Source: Actinomycetota bacterium (GTDB lineage Bacteria > Actinomycetota > Acidimicrobiia > Acidimicrobiales > JAMCPL01). From it: a stretch of DNA of 64,000 nt. Made by a program: the position numbers and the translations under genes. The stretch is taken from assembly GCA_023379675.1 (NCBI GenBank), contig JAMCPL010000014.1, forward strand, positions 72,185 to 136,184. Direction: 5' to 3'. Positions 44,903 to 53,816 of the stretch are shown in pieces (the stretch's first letter is position 1; every line of letters begins with the position of its first letter). Under the pieces are notes generated by a model, which was given only the letters and a program-made list of their open reading frames with translations, did no database searches and was not told the DNA's origin.

Positions 44903-45793
44903 TCACCCACCTATAATCGATTCGATCTGTTGTACTTGGTATGCAACGGCGGCAGTGGTCTGAAGCGGGGAGAGCCGGCCGCCGCCGCTCGCGCCGCTCG
45001 ACGACCAGGAGACATCCCACTGTATCGTTGCCTCGATGCTGTAAGCGCCCGATAATGACGTACCTCCACCTAAAGAACCAGTATTCCCAGAGGGGGTGCG
45101 GTATGTATACGAGCAATAGGTGCTCTGGGACGAAGCAGGCAACTGTGAATCATACGGAGTACCCGGCCCGTCACATGTCACGGCCTGACCATCCCCCATC
45201 GTCCAGGTCACCGAAACCGGTATCGCGGTAGCAGTTGCACTTACACCGCCCGCACTGGCTGTGGCACTATAGGAATGCCAGATGGACGCTGAGATCCATA
45301 GCCATACCGGCAAGTTGACCACTCCGAATGATGAAGGGCTCAGATTGATCACTGGATCCGGCAACGCCATACTCGCCTCCGCGCTCTGCGCTACCTGCAC
45401 AGGCTGGACCGCCGGCTGCTGCGTCTCCTGCGGTGGCGGGTTCAGCGGGACAAACTGCGTGTAAGAGGTTTGCTCGCCGAAGGGCCCATTGCACACTACA
45501 AGTTCCCATGTGCCTTGAGCTCCCGTGGACGAGACTACCGGAGTATCCAGGTTGCTGTCCACGCTGCATTGCCAACCAGAGGGATTCGAAGCTGTGGTGG
45601 ATCCCGGGGATCCGGGCGTAGTGGTGGTGGACCCCGCATGCACAGTGAACGTACCTCCCCCGCCTTCCGAGGCGCCAGTCGAGCCCTGGGTGGTGCCGCC
45701 GGCAGCGGTCTGAGCCGATGCAAGAGGAGAGTGCAACGCCACCATCAGCACCACGAGTATCGTCGTAACCAGCCATCCTGTCATCTTTCGCAT
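44903..45793 (-). CDS. secreted hypothetical protein (Thr/Gly/Ser-rich linker, Cys pairs, VNLPVWLW motif)
   Basis: The signal peptide is MRKMTGWLVTTILVVLMVALHSPLASA. I recognise no family. Confidence 0.55.
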   Translation of the reverse strand: MRKMTGWLVTTILVVLMVALHSPLASAQTAAGGTTQGSTGASEGGGGTFTVHAGSTTTTPGSPGSTTASNPSGWQCSVDSNLDTPVVSSTGAQGTWELVVCNGPFGEQTSYTQFVPLNPPPQETQQPAVQPVQVAQSAEASMALPDPVINLSPSSFGVVNLPVWLWISASIWHSYSATASAGGVSATATAIPVSVTWTMGDGQAVTCDGPGTPYDSQLPASSQSTYCSYTYRTPSGNTGSLGGGTSLSGAYSIEATIQWDVSWSSSGASGGGRLSPLQTTAAVAYQVQQIESIIGG

Positions 45794-46734
45794 TTGCCTG
45801 CCTTCCTTTCTGTCATTTGATCCATTGAGTTCTTCCAATTACCAGCAATCTGCGTCATAGTGGAGGTAAAGTAATCGATTCCGCCTGACCAGAAACCCTG
45901 CATGACCTTGCCGGTGGCAGCACTGACCGGAACCTGATCACCAATGATGCAACCCTTCACTGTGGCCTGCCCGCCATCTATAGAGGTCACCATCGCATAA
46001 GACACATAATTATGCCCGCGTGAGATATAGCCACCTTCATAGGCACGCCTCATCCAGGCCTGGTCGTGAGCCAATTGGGCCGGAGCCTCGGTGGCGGCAA
46101 GCGCGGGGCTGTTCCAGTCCATCGTACGAAACGCAGCATCAGACGATACGAGCCATGCATGCCAGGCGGAGAGAACGGATACAGCCTCCGTACCTTTGAG
46201 CGCCACCAGATGACCGAATCCTGGCGGCGCAGTGGAGTTGGCAGATGGGGCAGGATAGTTGCCGAGAATATTGCTGTCGCTCGAGTTGCTCTGGGAACTC
46301 CCACCGCTGGTTCCGAGGGGTATCCCGCCGTGGGGGGTGGATCCTGACGGGCGGACCTGTGTCTTGTCCCGACCAGCGCTATGACGTGCCCCCACCGTGG
46401 GATTACCGATATTCCTGGAGAGACTCGATGATCGTACAGCCTGCCCGCACCCCGAAAGCAGAACCGCCACCAGTAGGCCCGATGCAATTACACCAAGCCT
46501 ATGTCGCAACGTAGCCTCTCCAGGAGACTTGCCAAAATACCGGCCTAACCGACCTGCCGCATGCCCGCCGGCACAAGCAGCGCCACTCGACGGTATACCT
46601 GCAGGATTGTTTACACCCGTAAGAGAACGGACGGCATCAGCACCGGACGGCGGGAGACCGTCCGGAAATAGATTATCTACACTCGTGAAAGGACGGACGG
46701 CAACGACACGCCCATCATGAGTAAGCACCCTCAT
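45781..46734 (-). CDS. hypothetical lipoprotein
   Basis: A GAGGGTG SD lies upstream of the ATG at 46734. The lipobox is LLVAVLLSGCGQ. I recognise no family. Confidence 0.55.
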   Translation of the reverse strand: MRVLTHDGRVVAVRPFTSVDNLFPDGLPPSGADAVRSLTGVNNPAGIPSSGAACAGGHAAGRLGRYFGKSPGEATLRHRLGVIASGLLVAVLLSGCGQAVRSSSLSRNIGNPTVGARHSAGRDKTQVRPSGSTPHGGIPLGTSGGSSQSNSSDSNILGNYPAPSANSTAPPGFGHLVALKGTEAVSVLSAWHAWLVSSDAAFRTMDWNSPALAATEAPAQLAHDQAWMRRAYEGGYISRGHNYVSYAMVTSIDGGQATVKGCIIGDQVPVSAATGKVMQGFWSGGIDYFTSTMTQIAGNWKNSMDQMTERKAGKCER

Positions 46735-46746
46735 AGTTGCACCCTC

Positions 46747-47037
46747 TTAAATTCCTTTCCGCCAGATTCCTCTGTAACGCACCAACAATGATTCCATGAT
46801 GCCAAGACCACTAAAGGTGGGCCTGCCGACCGGCATCGCCGTGCCGGCAAACCCATCCGGTCCCGCCACCACTATCTGTAGCGGATGTACGACCGTACTT
46901 CCGAAGACGCGCACCCCATATGGCAGTCTCCAAAATACGTGCACCCCGTAACAAGATGTGTATGTTATACGATTTACCGCAACGATGCAAATCGGCCAAT
47001 CCGGCTGGTCCCGCCGACCGAAGAACATGCTATGCAT
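46747..47037 (-). CDS. small hypothetical protein (first ORF of the tad block), weakly supported
   Basis: AGGGG lies 6 nt upstream of the ATG at 47037, and the stop is 12 nt before the next gene. I recognise no motifs. Confidence 0.3.
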   Translation of the reverse strand: MHSMFFGRRDQPDWPICIVAVNRITYTSCYGVHVFWRLPYGVRVFGSTVVHPLQIVVAGPDGFAGTAMPVGRPTFSGLGIMESLLVRYRGIWRKGI

Positions 47038-47489
47038 GTTGACCCCTACATATGCAATTTAGCTCAACGCCACCTTTTACCTGGGACTTCAGATAATTTG
47101 ATATGTAATACATGCCATGATAATGGCATACAAACCTTGCCGGAAACCTGGCTGGATCTCTTGCAAAGAGTGAAACTACAATTTTTTAGATCATCAACTT
47201 TTCTACACTCATCTCTAACATTACCACCACGTTTACTACAAACTGAATAAATGTCACCACTATTAGCACTAGTACTACTATAAGTAGCCATACTATCTGT
47301 ATTTGTACAGCTGGGTTAGACAGGCTGACGGTGCATATCAGAAACGGTGGCTGCCGCTTCTGCTCCTTACCGCACCTTCCAGTTGCCAGCACCTCCTCCG
47401 TTCACTTTCGTCGTCACTACCGGGTTCCAAGCCCGGCGACCCTTCTATTCTTTCGCGGGTAGAAACGGCCCGCCAAGCTATCGAGGCCG

Positions 47490-48671
47490 TTACGAGCGAG
47501 CGACCAGTGCGTTGCCATGACTGTCTACGGCCGCGCAGAAACTCGGTACCGGACATGACACGCTGTGCAGCCCTTGTGCTCCTGAAGGGAGGCTCTGGGC
47601 CGACCACGAAGCACCATTCCAGTCAAGCGCGACACCAGCACTATAGGAGGAGTTGTAGCCCACCAGCTCACATGAGTACACCAATGGGCACGACACGCCA
47701 TAGAGCCAGCCCACTCCCGATGGAAGGCTCTGGGTCGACCACGACGTACCATCCCAGCGATAAGCGACACCGTTGGAAGAAGTTTGGCCCACCGCCTCAC
47801 AGAACTCGGCGGAGGAACACGACACGCCGTTGAGGCTGCTCACTCCCAAAGGGAGGCTCTGAGCTGACCAAGACGTACCATCCCAGCGATAAGCGACACC
47901 GCTGGTGGAGTTGGAACCCACCGCCTCACAGAACTCGGCGGAGGAACACGACACGCCGTGGAGGATCCCCACTCCCGATGGAAGGCTCTGAGCTGACCAA
48001 GACGTACCATCCCAGCCAAGAGCAACACCGCTGGAAGAAGTTTGGCCCACCGCCTCACAGAACTTCGCGGAAGGACACGATATGCTACTAAGGCCCACTA
48101 TCCCCGAGGGGAAGCTCTGAGCTGACCAAGACGTACCATCCCAGCCGAGAACTCCGGTACCGAAGATACTGGAACTAATCACCGCCTCGCAGAACTTGGC
48201 GGAGGAACACGATACGCCGTCAAGGCGGCCTACCCTTGATGGGAGGGTCTGGCTCGACCACGAGGTACCGTTCCAACTATAAGCGATACCGGCATTGGAT
48301 GCCTTGCCGCCCACCGTCTCGCAGAACTTGACAGATGAACACGATACGCCGTCGAGCAGGCCATTCGGGACCAGGGGTTCCAGGCCGGACCAGGTAAGCG
48401 CACTCATGGACTGTACCGAACCGTTGATCGCCGGTGTAGAACGCGACAACGATGCTCTCGAGGTGGTGGCGCAACCGGTGGCTAGCAGGACCAAGGCGGC
48501 AAGCAAGATACCCGTCAGGAGTCGATGGCTTGCGGGAACTGGGCTGCCTACCAGGCTCCCGGTGCGAGACGTCTTTACAGCTAGGATCATTCCTGGATCG
48601 CTACCTGACCTGGCTATCGTATACCTCACCTCATGTACCGGTCCAAGGAAACACCCGGGACCACAGACCAC
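47490..48671 (-). CDS. lipoprotein built from about eight ~42-aa Cys-pair repeats (WDGTSWS...GVSCSSAxFCEAVG)
   Basis: The lipobox is LLATGC. The repeats are visible in the translation. The start may be ATG 48590. Confidence 0.65.
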   Translation of the reverse strand: MVCGPGCFLGPVHEVRYTIARSGSDPGMILAVKTSRTGSLVGSPVPASHRLLTGILLAALVLLATGCATTSRASLSRSTPAINGSVQSMSALTWSGLEPLVPNGLLDGVSCSSVKFCETVGGKASNAGIAYSWNGTSWSSQTLPSRVGRLDGVSCSSAKFCEAVISSSIFGTGVLGWDGTSWSAQSFPSGIVGLSSISCPSAKFCEAVGQTSSSGVALGWDGTSWSAQSLPSGVGILHGVSCSSAEFCEAVGSNSTSGVAYRWDGTSWSAQSLPLGVSSLNGVSCSSAEFCEAVGQTSSNGVAYRWDGTSWSTQSLPSGVGWLYGVSCPLVYSCELVGYNSSYSAGVALDWNGASWSAQSLPSGAQGLHSVSCPVPSFCAAVDSHGNALVARS

Positions 48672-48928
48672 AGACCAATATTGTTAACAATCATAACGAG
48701 ACTGCATTGTAGCGTCAAAGACGAGCAGGCCGGCCAGCGGCGGTGTGCGACACTTCCGGAGTTCGCAACTGTTACCAGTTCCGCAGGGGACAGATGGGAC
48801 AGTCAGCCTCATCCAGATTCAGGTGAAGCAACGTATGGGATTGCGCGGAGGCTGTCAACAAGCCAATGCGAACTTCCGGCGCGATGCCGGCAGTTCGGCT
48901 AGAATGACAACAACAAAGGAGAAAACAG

Positions 48929-49288
48929 ATGGGACTTATCGACAAGGTAAAGGCACAGGCCGGACAGGCCATGGTCAAAGCACAGCAGGGCATGGCTCAG
49001 GGCCAGGCGAAACTCGATAAAATACAGGCCAAACGTCATGCCGATATGCTGTTGCGGAATCTGGGCGCAGCCGTCTATGCCGAGCAACGTCAAGGAGGGG
49101 CGAACCAGGCGGTACTCGACGCGCTCAAAGCGATTGATGTATTCGTCTCCGAGCAGGGACCTATTGATCTGGCGCAAGGCACGCCAGCCGTACCGGATGA
49201 CGCAGGTACTCCGGCTCCAGGCGGATCCACCGCTCCTTCAGGGCAGGCCAGCATGCCTGGAAGCGACTCCACGCCCGGCAACGCATAG
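48929..49288 (+). CDS. small hypothetical protein (helical N-terminus, Pro/Gly-rich tail)
   Basis: An AAGGAG SD lies 7 nt upstream of the ATG. The protein begins MGLIDKVKAQAGQAMVKAQQGMAQGQAKLDKIQ. Confidence 0.6.
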   Translation: MGLIDKVKAQAGQAMVKAQQGMAQGQAKLDKIQAKRHADMLLRNLGAAVYAEQRQGGANQAVLDALKAIDVFVSEQGPIDLAQGTPAVPDDAGTPAPGGSTAPSGQASMPGSDSTPGNA

Positions 49289-49396
49289 ACCTTCGCAATC
49301 TCTGCGAAATACCGACCAACGGTTCTCCAACATGAGGTGATTTGTTTTACCGGCAAGAACGCCGGGGTCGATGGGACGTAAGCCCGGCCGGTAGGG

Positions 49397-49472
49397 CCAA
49401 CCTTACAAATGGGGAAGTTCACCGATGCTCGACAATGGAGAACTCCTTATAATCCGGTGCTATGACACATAG
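49397..49472 (+). promoter_or_regulatory. Copy 1 of a repeated ~76-nt 5' element containing a palindromic GGGGAAgTTCaCC core and a 15-codon mini-ORF (49425-49472)
   Basis: It is near-identical to 59803-59881, and its first ~25 nt also occur (reverse strand) at 56458-56482. The mini-ORF MLDNGELLIIRCYDT* overlaps the ATG at 49462. Confidence 0.5.
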
Positions 49473-52400
49473 CATTATAGCCTTAGGCACTCTACCGGTA
49501 GCTCCAGCTGACGCGTCGGCAGGAGTCGGCTGGAGCATGGAATCTGAGGACATGGGAACCAATAGGCTCTCGAGACCAGGCTGGACGACAAGAATCAGCG
49601 CAGGCGCCGGGTCATCGCAGTGGTCACGCAGGCGCGGCAACTCGAGGCCAGGCTGGACAATAAGAATCGCCGCGCGGGCAGCGGCCGTGGTGATGGTGGT
49701 GATAATGCTGGTAATATCCCTTGGGGTGGCTGGAAGCACGGCGGCTGCAGCGCCTATCTCCGCCTCCATCACCAATGCATCTGATTCAAGAGTTCCACTC
49801 CCGTATTCTCTTCCGGTACGGAGTTGGACCGCAGTCATCGCTGATCCATTCGGAGTCGTACCTGCCAACGTTGCCACCAGCACCGCGGGTACGCCTCAGG
49901 ATTTGAGTGGCGCCAGCACCAACGCGGCCGAACTCCCTCAGGTCGTGGCAATCACCCCGAACGGCCAGTACGCCTACGTCCTCGGCAACAGCAACGCCAT
50001 CTATCCCTACGACATCGCCACGAACACCTTCGGTAACCCGATCTCGTTGCCGATCCCCGCCAGCGCCGGCAGCGATGACCCCGTAGCGATCGCAATCACT
50101 CCGGATGGGCAGTACGCCTATGTCGCCGACTATTCGAACAACGTAGTCATACCGGTTGACCTGGCTACTGCGCAGGCGGGCAACGCGATTGTCCTGGGCA
50201 CGAGCCAGGGGTCGCCAATCAGCAATCCGATCGGCATCGCCATAACCCCCGACGGCAATACCGTGTGGGTGGACGCAAGTGGCAACGGAACACAAGTGTT
50301 GGTACCCATCGCCACGGCCACCAACGCCGCCGGTCCCTCCATCGTCATCGACGGATACCCGGGAGCCGAGGCCATAGCGATCGCCCCGGATGGGAAAACC
50401 GCTTATGCCGTTAACTCTCAGGACGGAGTGGTACCTGTGTCTCTCACCACCGGTACCGCCAGCACCGCAATCCCCCTGGGTAATACTGGGCCCATGGGCA
50501 TCGCCATAACCCCCGATGGCGCCACGGCCTGGGTGACTGAGTCCCAGGGCGGCAACGGCAATGGGGCGCTAGTGCCGATTGATCTCGCGACTGGCACTGC
50601 AGGCACCCCGATCACTGACCCATCCATGGCAACACCCATTGGAGTGACAGTGGCCCCGGATGGCCAGTCAGTCTACGTCGGAAATTACGGCGTCACTGCC
50701 GCCGGTAGCGGCGACAACTACATCACGATCATCTCCACGGCTACCAGGACTGTCACTGCAACCATCGACATAAGTTCTCTGGGAGAGAAAGAAGGATCGA
50801 GCATTGCCATCACTCCCGATCAGGCTCCGATTGCCAGGCTTGCAGCCAGCCCGGCGCCTGCGGGGCAAGCAACGAGCTTCGATGCCTCGGCGTCCACCGT
50901 GGCGGTCGGCAACATCGTCTCATATGCATGGAACTTCGGTGACGGGTCGGTAGCTATGACGACATCGCCCACTACAAGTCATGTCTATACGGTCGCCCAG
51001 ACTTACAAGGCCAGCGTCACGGAGACCGATTCGGCAGGTACCTCGACCACGCAGGTCTTCACGGGAACGACGGTTTCCCTGAACGGTGGCCCGTCCGCTG
51101 TCGCGAGCACATCATTCGCCGTTCCGGCAAGCGGACCAGACGTGAGCAGCGTGTCCCCGGACTTCGGTCCGACGGCCGGAGGTACAAGTGTCACGATCAG
51201 CGGTTCAGACTTTGCTTCCGGTGCCGCGGTGACGTTCGGCTCCACCCCGGCCGCCGCCGTGAACGCCGTGTCGACGACTGAGATTGCAGCGACATCGCCC
51301 GCGGGAACCGGTACCGTCGATATCAGGGTCAGCGTGTCCGGCCTGCAGAGCCCAGCAAATGCGGGTGACCGCTTCGCCTACGTGAGCCCGCCTGCTCCCT
51401 ACCACCCGCTTACCCCAGCACGCATATGCGACACCCGAGCAGGCAACCCATCGGGGCTCTCGGGTGGCACCGCCCAGTGCAATGGCAATAGTCTCGAGGG
51501 TGGAACACCCCGGAACATCGCGGTTGCCGGCTTGGGTGGCGTACCGGCCTCGGGTGCTACGGCTGCCGTGCTCAACGTGACGGTCACCGACCCGTCGAAC
51601 GCCGGTTACTTGACCGTATATCCTGCAGGCCAAAACCCGCCCACCGCCTCGAACCTGAACTTTACCCGTGGAGAGACCGTGCCCAACCTGGTTGAAGTGG
51701 TATTGCCCTCCTCGGGGCAGGTATCCATTGTCACCAACACGACCAGTGCTGATGCTATAGTCGATGTGGAAGGCTATGTAGGTCCAGCTTCGGGCGGCTC
51801 GACCGCTGGACTCTACAACCCTCTACCTCCATCACGCATATGCGACACCCGAGCAGGCAACCCATCGGGGCTCTCGGGTGGCACCGCCCAGTGCAATGGC
51901 CAGAGCATCCAGGGTGGAGTGGCGCGCGATGTGAACGTCGTGGGCTTGGGTGGGGTCCCCTCCGCAGGCGTCGAGGCCGTCGTGCTGAACGTCGCGGTAA
52001 CCGGTCCGTCCTCGGTGGGCTTCCTTACGGTGTATCCGGCGGGCCGGAACCGCCCCACTGCATCCAACCTTAACTTTACCCGTGGAGAGACCGTGCCCAA
52101 CCGGGTCATCGTTCCAGTCGGATCGGCAGGACAGGTCGCCCTCTATGCAAATACGGGCAGTCTCAACGTAGTGGTAGATGTAGGCGGCTGGTACACGGAT
52201 GGCTCCGGCTCGTCAAGTGGCTCCTTGCCCTTTACAGCTATGGCGCCGAGCCGTATATGCGATACCCGTACCGGGTCAGGTGAGCCGTACGCAGGAAACA
52301 CGCTTGGCCCCGGTGGTGTGCTGGCTGTTCAGGTGGCAGGTGTAGGTGGCGTACCGGCCGTAGGCTCGTCATCGCCTCCGACGGCCGTCGTGGTAAACAT

Positions 52401-52608
52401 CACAGCCACCAAGGTAAGCTCTGGAAGTTATCTCACCGCCTATCCCGACGGCACGTCACGGCCTACCGCCTCGGACCTGAACCTGTCAGCTGGCAGGACA
52501 GTGCCAAACCTGGTGGTCGTGAAGCTGGGCAGTGACGGCGCCATCGATGTCTACAACTTCGCAGGGTCGACCGACGTGATCATCGATGTGGTCGGCTGGT
52601 ACTCCTGA
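49462..52608 (+). CDS. giant secreted/surface protein: YVTN-type beta-propeller repeats, PKD, IPT/TIG, then three ~135-aa 'RICDTR' modules
   Basis: It has repeated IAITPDGxxAYV motifs, the PKD signature FDASAS...YAWNFGDGS, the IPT signature VSPDFGPTAGGTSVTISG, and three modules over 51399-52605. The true start is uncertain because 49462 lies inside the repeated element. An N-terminal ~40-nt direct repeat occurs at 49569 and 49641. Confidence 0.75.
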   Translation: MTHSIIALGTLPVAPADASAGVGWSMESEDMGTNRLSRPGWTTRISAGAGSSQWSRRRGNSRPGWTIRIAARAAAVVMVVIMLVISLGVAGSTAAAAPISASITNASDSRVPLPYSLPVRSWTAVIADPFGVVPANVATSTAGTPQDLSGASTNAAELPQVVAITPNGQYAYVLGNSNAIYPYDIATNTFGNPISLPIPASAGSDDPVAIAITPDGQYAYVADYSNNVVIPVDLATAQAGNAIVLGTSQGSPISNPIGIAITPDGNTVWVDASGNGTQVLVPIATATNAAGPSIVIDGYPGAEAIAIAPDGKTAYAVNSQDGVVPVSLTTGTASTAIPLGNTGPMGIAITPDGATAWVTESQGGNGNGALVPIDLATGTAGTPITDPSMATPIGVTVAPDGQSVYVGNYGVTAAGSGDNYITIISTATRTVTATIDISSLGEKEGSSIAITPDQAPIARLAASPAPAGQATSFDASASTVAVGNIVSYAWNFGDGSVAMTTSPTTSHVYTVAQTYKASVTETDSAGTSTTQVFTGTTVSLNGGPSAVASTSFAVPASGPDVSSVSPDFGPTAGGTSVTISGSDFASGAAVTFGSTPAAAVNAVSTTEIAATSPAGTGTVDIRVSVSGLQSPANAGDRFAYVSPPAPYHPLTPARICDTRAGNPSGLSGGTAQCNGNSLEGGTPRNIAVAGLGGVPASGATAAVLNVTVTDPSNAGYLTVYPAGQNPPTASNLNFTRGETVPNLVEVVLPSSGQVSIVTNTTSADAIVDVEGYVGPASGGSTAGLYNPLPPSRICDTRAGNPSGLSGGTAQCNGQSIQGGVARDVNVVGLGGVPSAGVEAVVLNVAVTGPSSVGFLTVYPAGRNRPTASNLNFTRGETVPNRVIVPVGSAGQVALYANTGSLNVVVDVGGWYTDGSGSSSGSLPFTAMAPSRICDTRTGSGEPYAGNTLGPGGVLAVQVAGVGGVPAVGSSSPPTAVVVNITATKVSSGSYLTAYPDGTSRPTASDLNLSAGRTVPNLVVVKLGSDGAIDVYNFAGSTDVIIDVVGWYS

Positions 52609-52618
52609 GACCGGTGAG

Positions 52619-53794
52619 TTATGAGGTGCCGGCCACACCCATGCCGTAAAGGGCCATGTCGTAGTAGGAGCTCGAGCCGTTAGTCACGATCGTCAGGTTC
52701 ACGTCAAGTGGCGTGACGGCCTTGGGAGCGAAGGCGACCTGGAACGTGGCGCTCTGGCCGACATCGAGTACCAAGTCGGTACTGCAACCCGACCAGTTGC
52801 CGGAAGCAGGCATGAAGCAGCCCTTAGAGATCGTGCTGCTGCTGAACACGTAGTCGGCGGCAGCTCCCGGCTCCCCGGCAACACCAATCCCGTCGATCAC
52901 CAGTGGCGCGTTCCCCGGAGGGGGGTTTGAGATCGTGACCGTCTGCGCAGCAGACGACTTTCCGACCTGCGTTTCTCCGAACTGCAGCTTAGAAGGGCTG
53001 ACCACGATATTCGGGGCGACGGTCACGGTCTCGAAGTCGACCTGGAGCGTTGCCGAGCCCGTCCCCGCGCACGAGTTGTGAAGACCGGTAGCGGGACCCA
53101 TGTGAAGGGGCGGGCAGTAGGTCAGATGGAAGGTCCCCGTGTACTTGTTCGACGTCTTGGGCGTACAGGAGACGTTCGGTCCACCCGGATTTCCCGGCGC
53201 CGTCTGGAGGGATGTGCTGCCCAGCGTGAAGCCCTTGCAGGAGAGAGCGCCCTTGCCAGACCGGAGGCCCTGGGCAGAGGTGAACACCCACTGCGGCGCT
53301 CCCTCGTACAGGAACGCCACCTGCGGTGGGGACGGGATGACCATGCTCGCGGGGTATGTCAGATTGACGAGCATGTCCCCGGTCCAGCTGCCGCCGGATG
53401 GTCCTGGGACGGAGAACTGGCCGATACAGGCTTGCTCGGAAGCTACTGGCTGCCTTTCCAGCGATACGCCACCCACCGCGAGCTGCCCTGTTCGTGGCGA
53501 GAAGGAGGCCGCCTGATCCTTCAGATCGAAGGTGTAGTCCTGTCGCCAAGAGAAAGTGCAATCGGGGAGCGTTGTGGTCTGGGTCAGGTTGAAAGACCCC
53601 GAGCCGGAGACCTTGGCGCCGATCAGCGTTTTGTTTGGTGCCGTTGTCGGTGGTGAAGGCAGGGTCGAGCTGGACCCAGAAGTCGTGGTCGTGGAGGCTG
53701 GTGGCTGAGGGCCGTCGCTGCACGCCGCAACGGAGGTGCCCAGTGCCAGCACGGTCATGCCCGCCGCCAGCATCCCTGCTCTCTGCACGTGCAT
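52619..53794 (-). CDS. hypothetical lipoprotein with a C-terminal ASH/choice-of-anchor-D-like Ig domain
   Basis: The lipobox is LALGTSVAAC. The C-terminus reads SPSKLQFGETQVGKSSAAQTVTISN...GQSATFQVAFAP. Confidence 0.6.
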   Translation of the reverse strand: MHVQRAGMLAAGMTVLALGTSVAACSDGPQPPASTTTTSGSSSTLPSPPTTAPNKTLIGAKVSGSGSFNLTQTTTLPDCTFSWRQDYTFDLKDQAASFSPRTGQLAVGGVSLERQPVASEQACIGQFSVPGPSGGSWTGDMLVNLTYPASMVIPSPPQVAFLYEGAPQWVFTSAQGLRSGKGALSCKGFTLGSTSLQTAPGNPGGPNVSCTPKTSNKYTGTFHLTYCPPLHMGPATGLHNSCAGTGSATLQVDFETVTVAPNIVVSPSKLQFGETQVGKSSAAQTVTISNPPPGNAPLVIDGIGVAGEPGAAADYVFSSSTISKGCFMPASGNWSGCSTDLVLDVGQSATFQVAFAPKAVTPLDVNLTIVTNGSSSYYDMALYGMGVAGTS

Positions 53795-53816
53795 GCCGAG
53801 ATCTGCCGGTGCTTTC

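Noticed and set aside
47064-47291. 75-codon Cys-rich ORF (MATYSSTSANSGDIYSVCSKRGG...) in the AT-rich island, as a RiPP precursor or small secreted peptide
   Set aside because: It has no SD, no signal peptide and no adjacent modifying or transport genes. The region is more simply explained as promoter DNA. It is mentioned in a finding but not called as a CDS.
32343-47300. The SSB + lytic transglycosylase + tad-like ATPase block as an integrative conjugative element or prophage
   Set aside because: I could recognise no integrase, relaxase, FtsK/TraB-type translocase, capsid or terminase genes, and no flanking direct repeats or tRNA. Only the local AT-rich island at 47040-47300 is compositionally odd.
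49429-49453. A canonical sigma-70 promoter reading of TCGACA ... TATAAT inside repeat copy 1
   Set aside because: The spacer is only 13 bp and no better -35 lies at 16-18 bp. A -10-only, leaderless-type promoter remains possible but cannot be supported from sequence alone.
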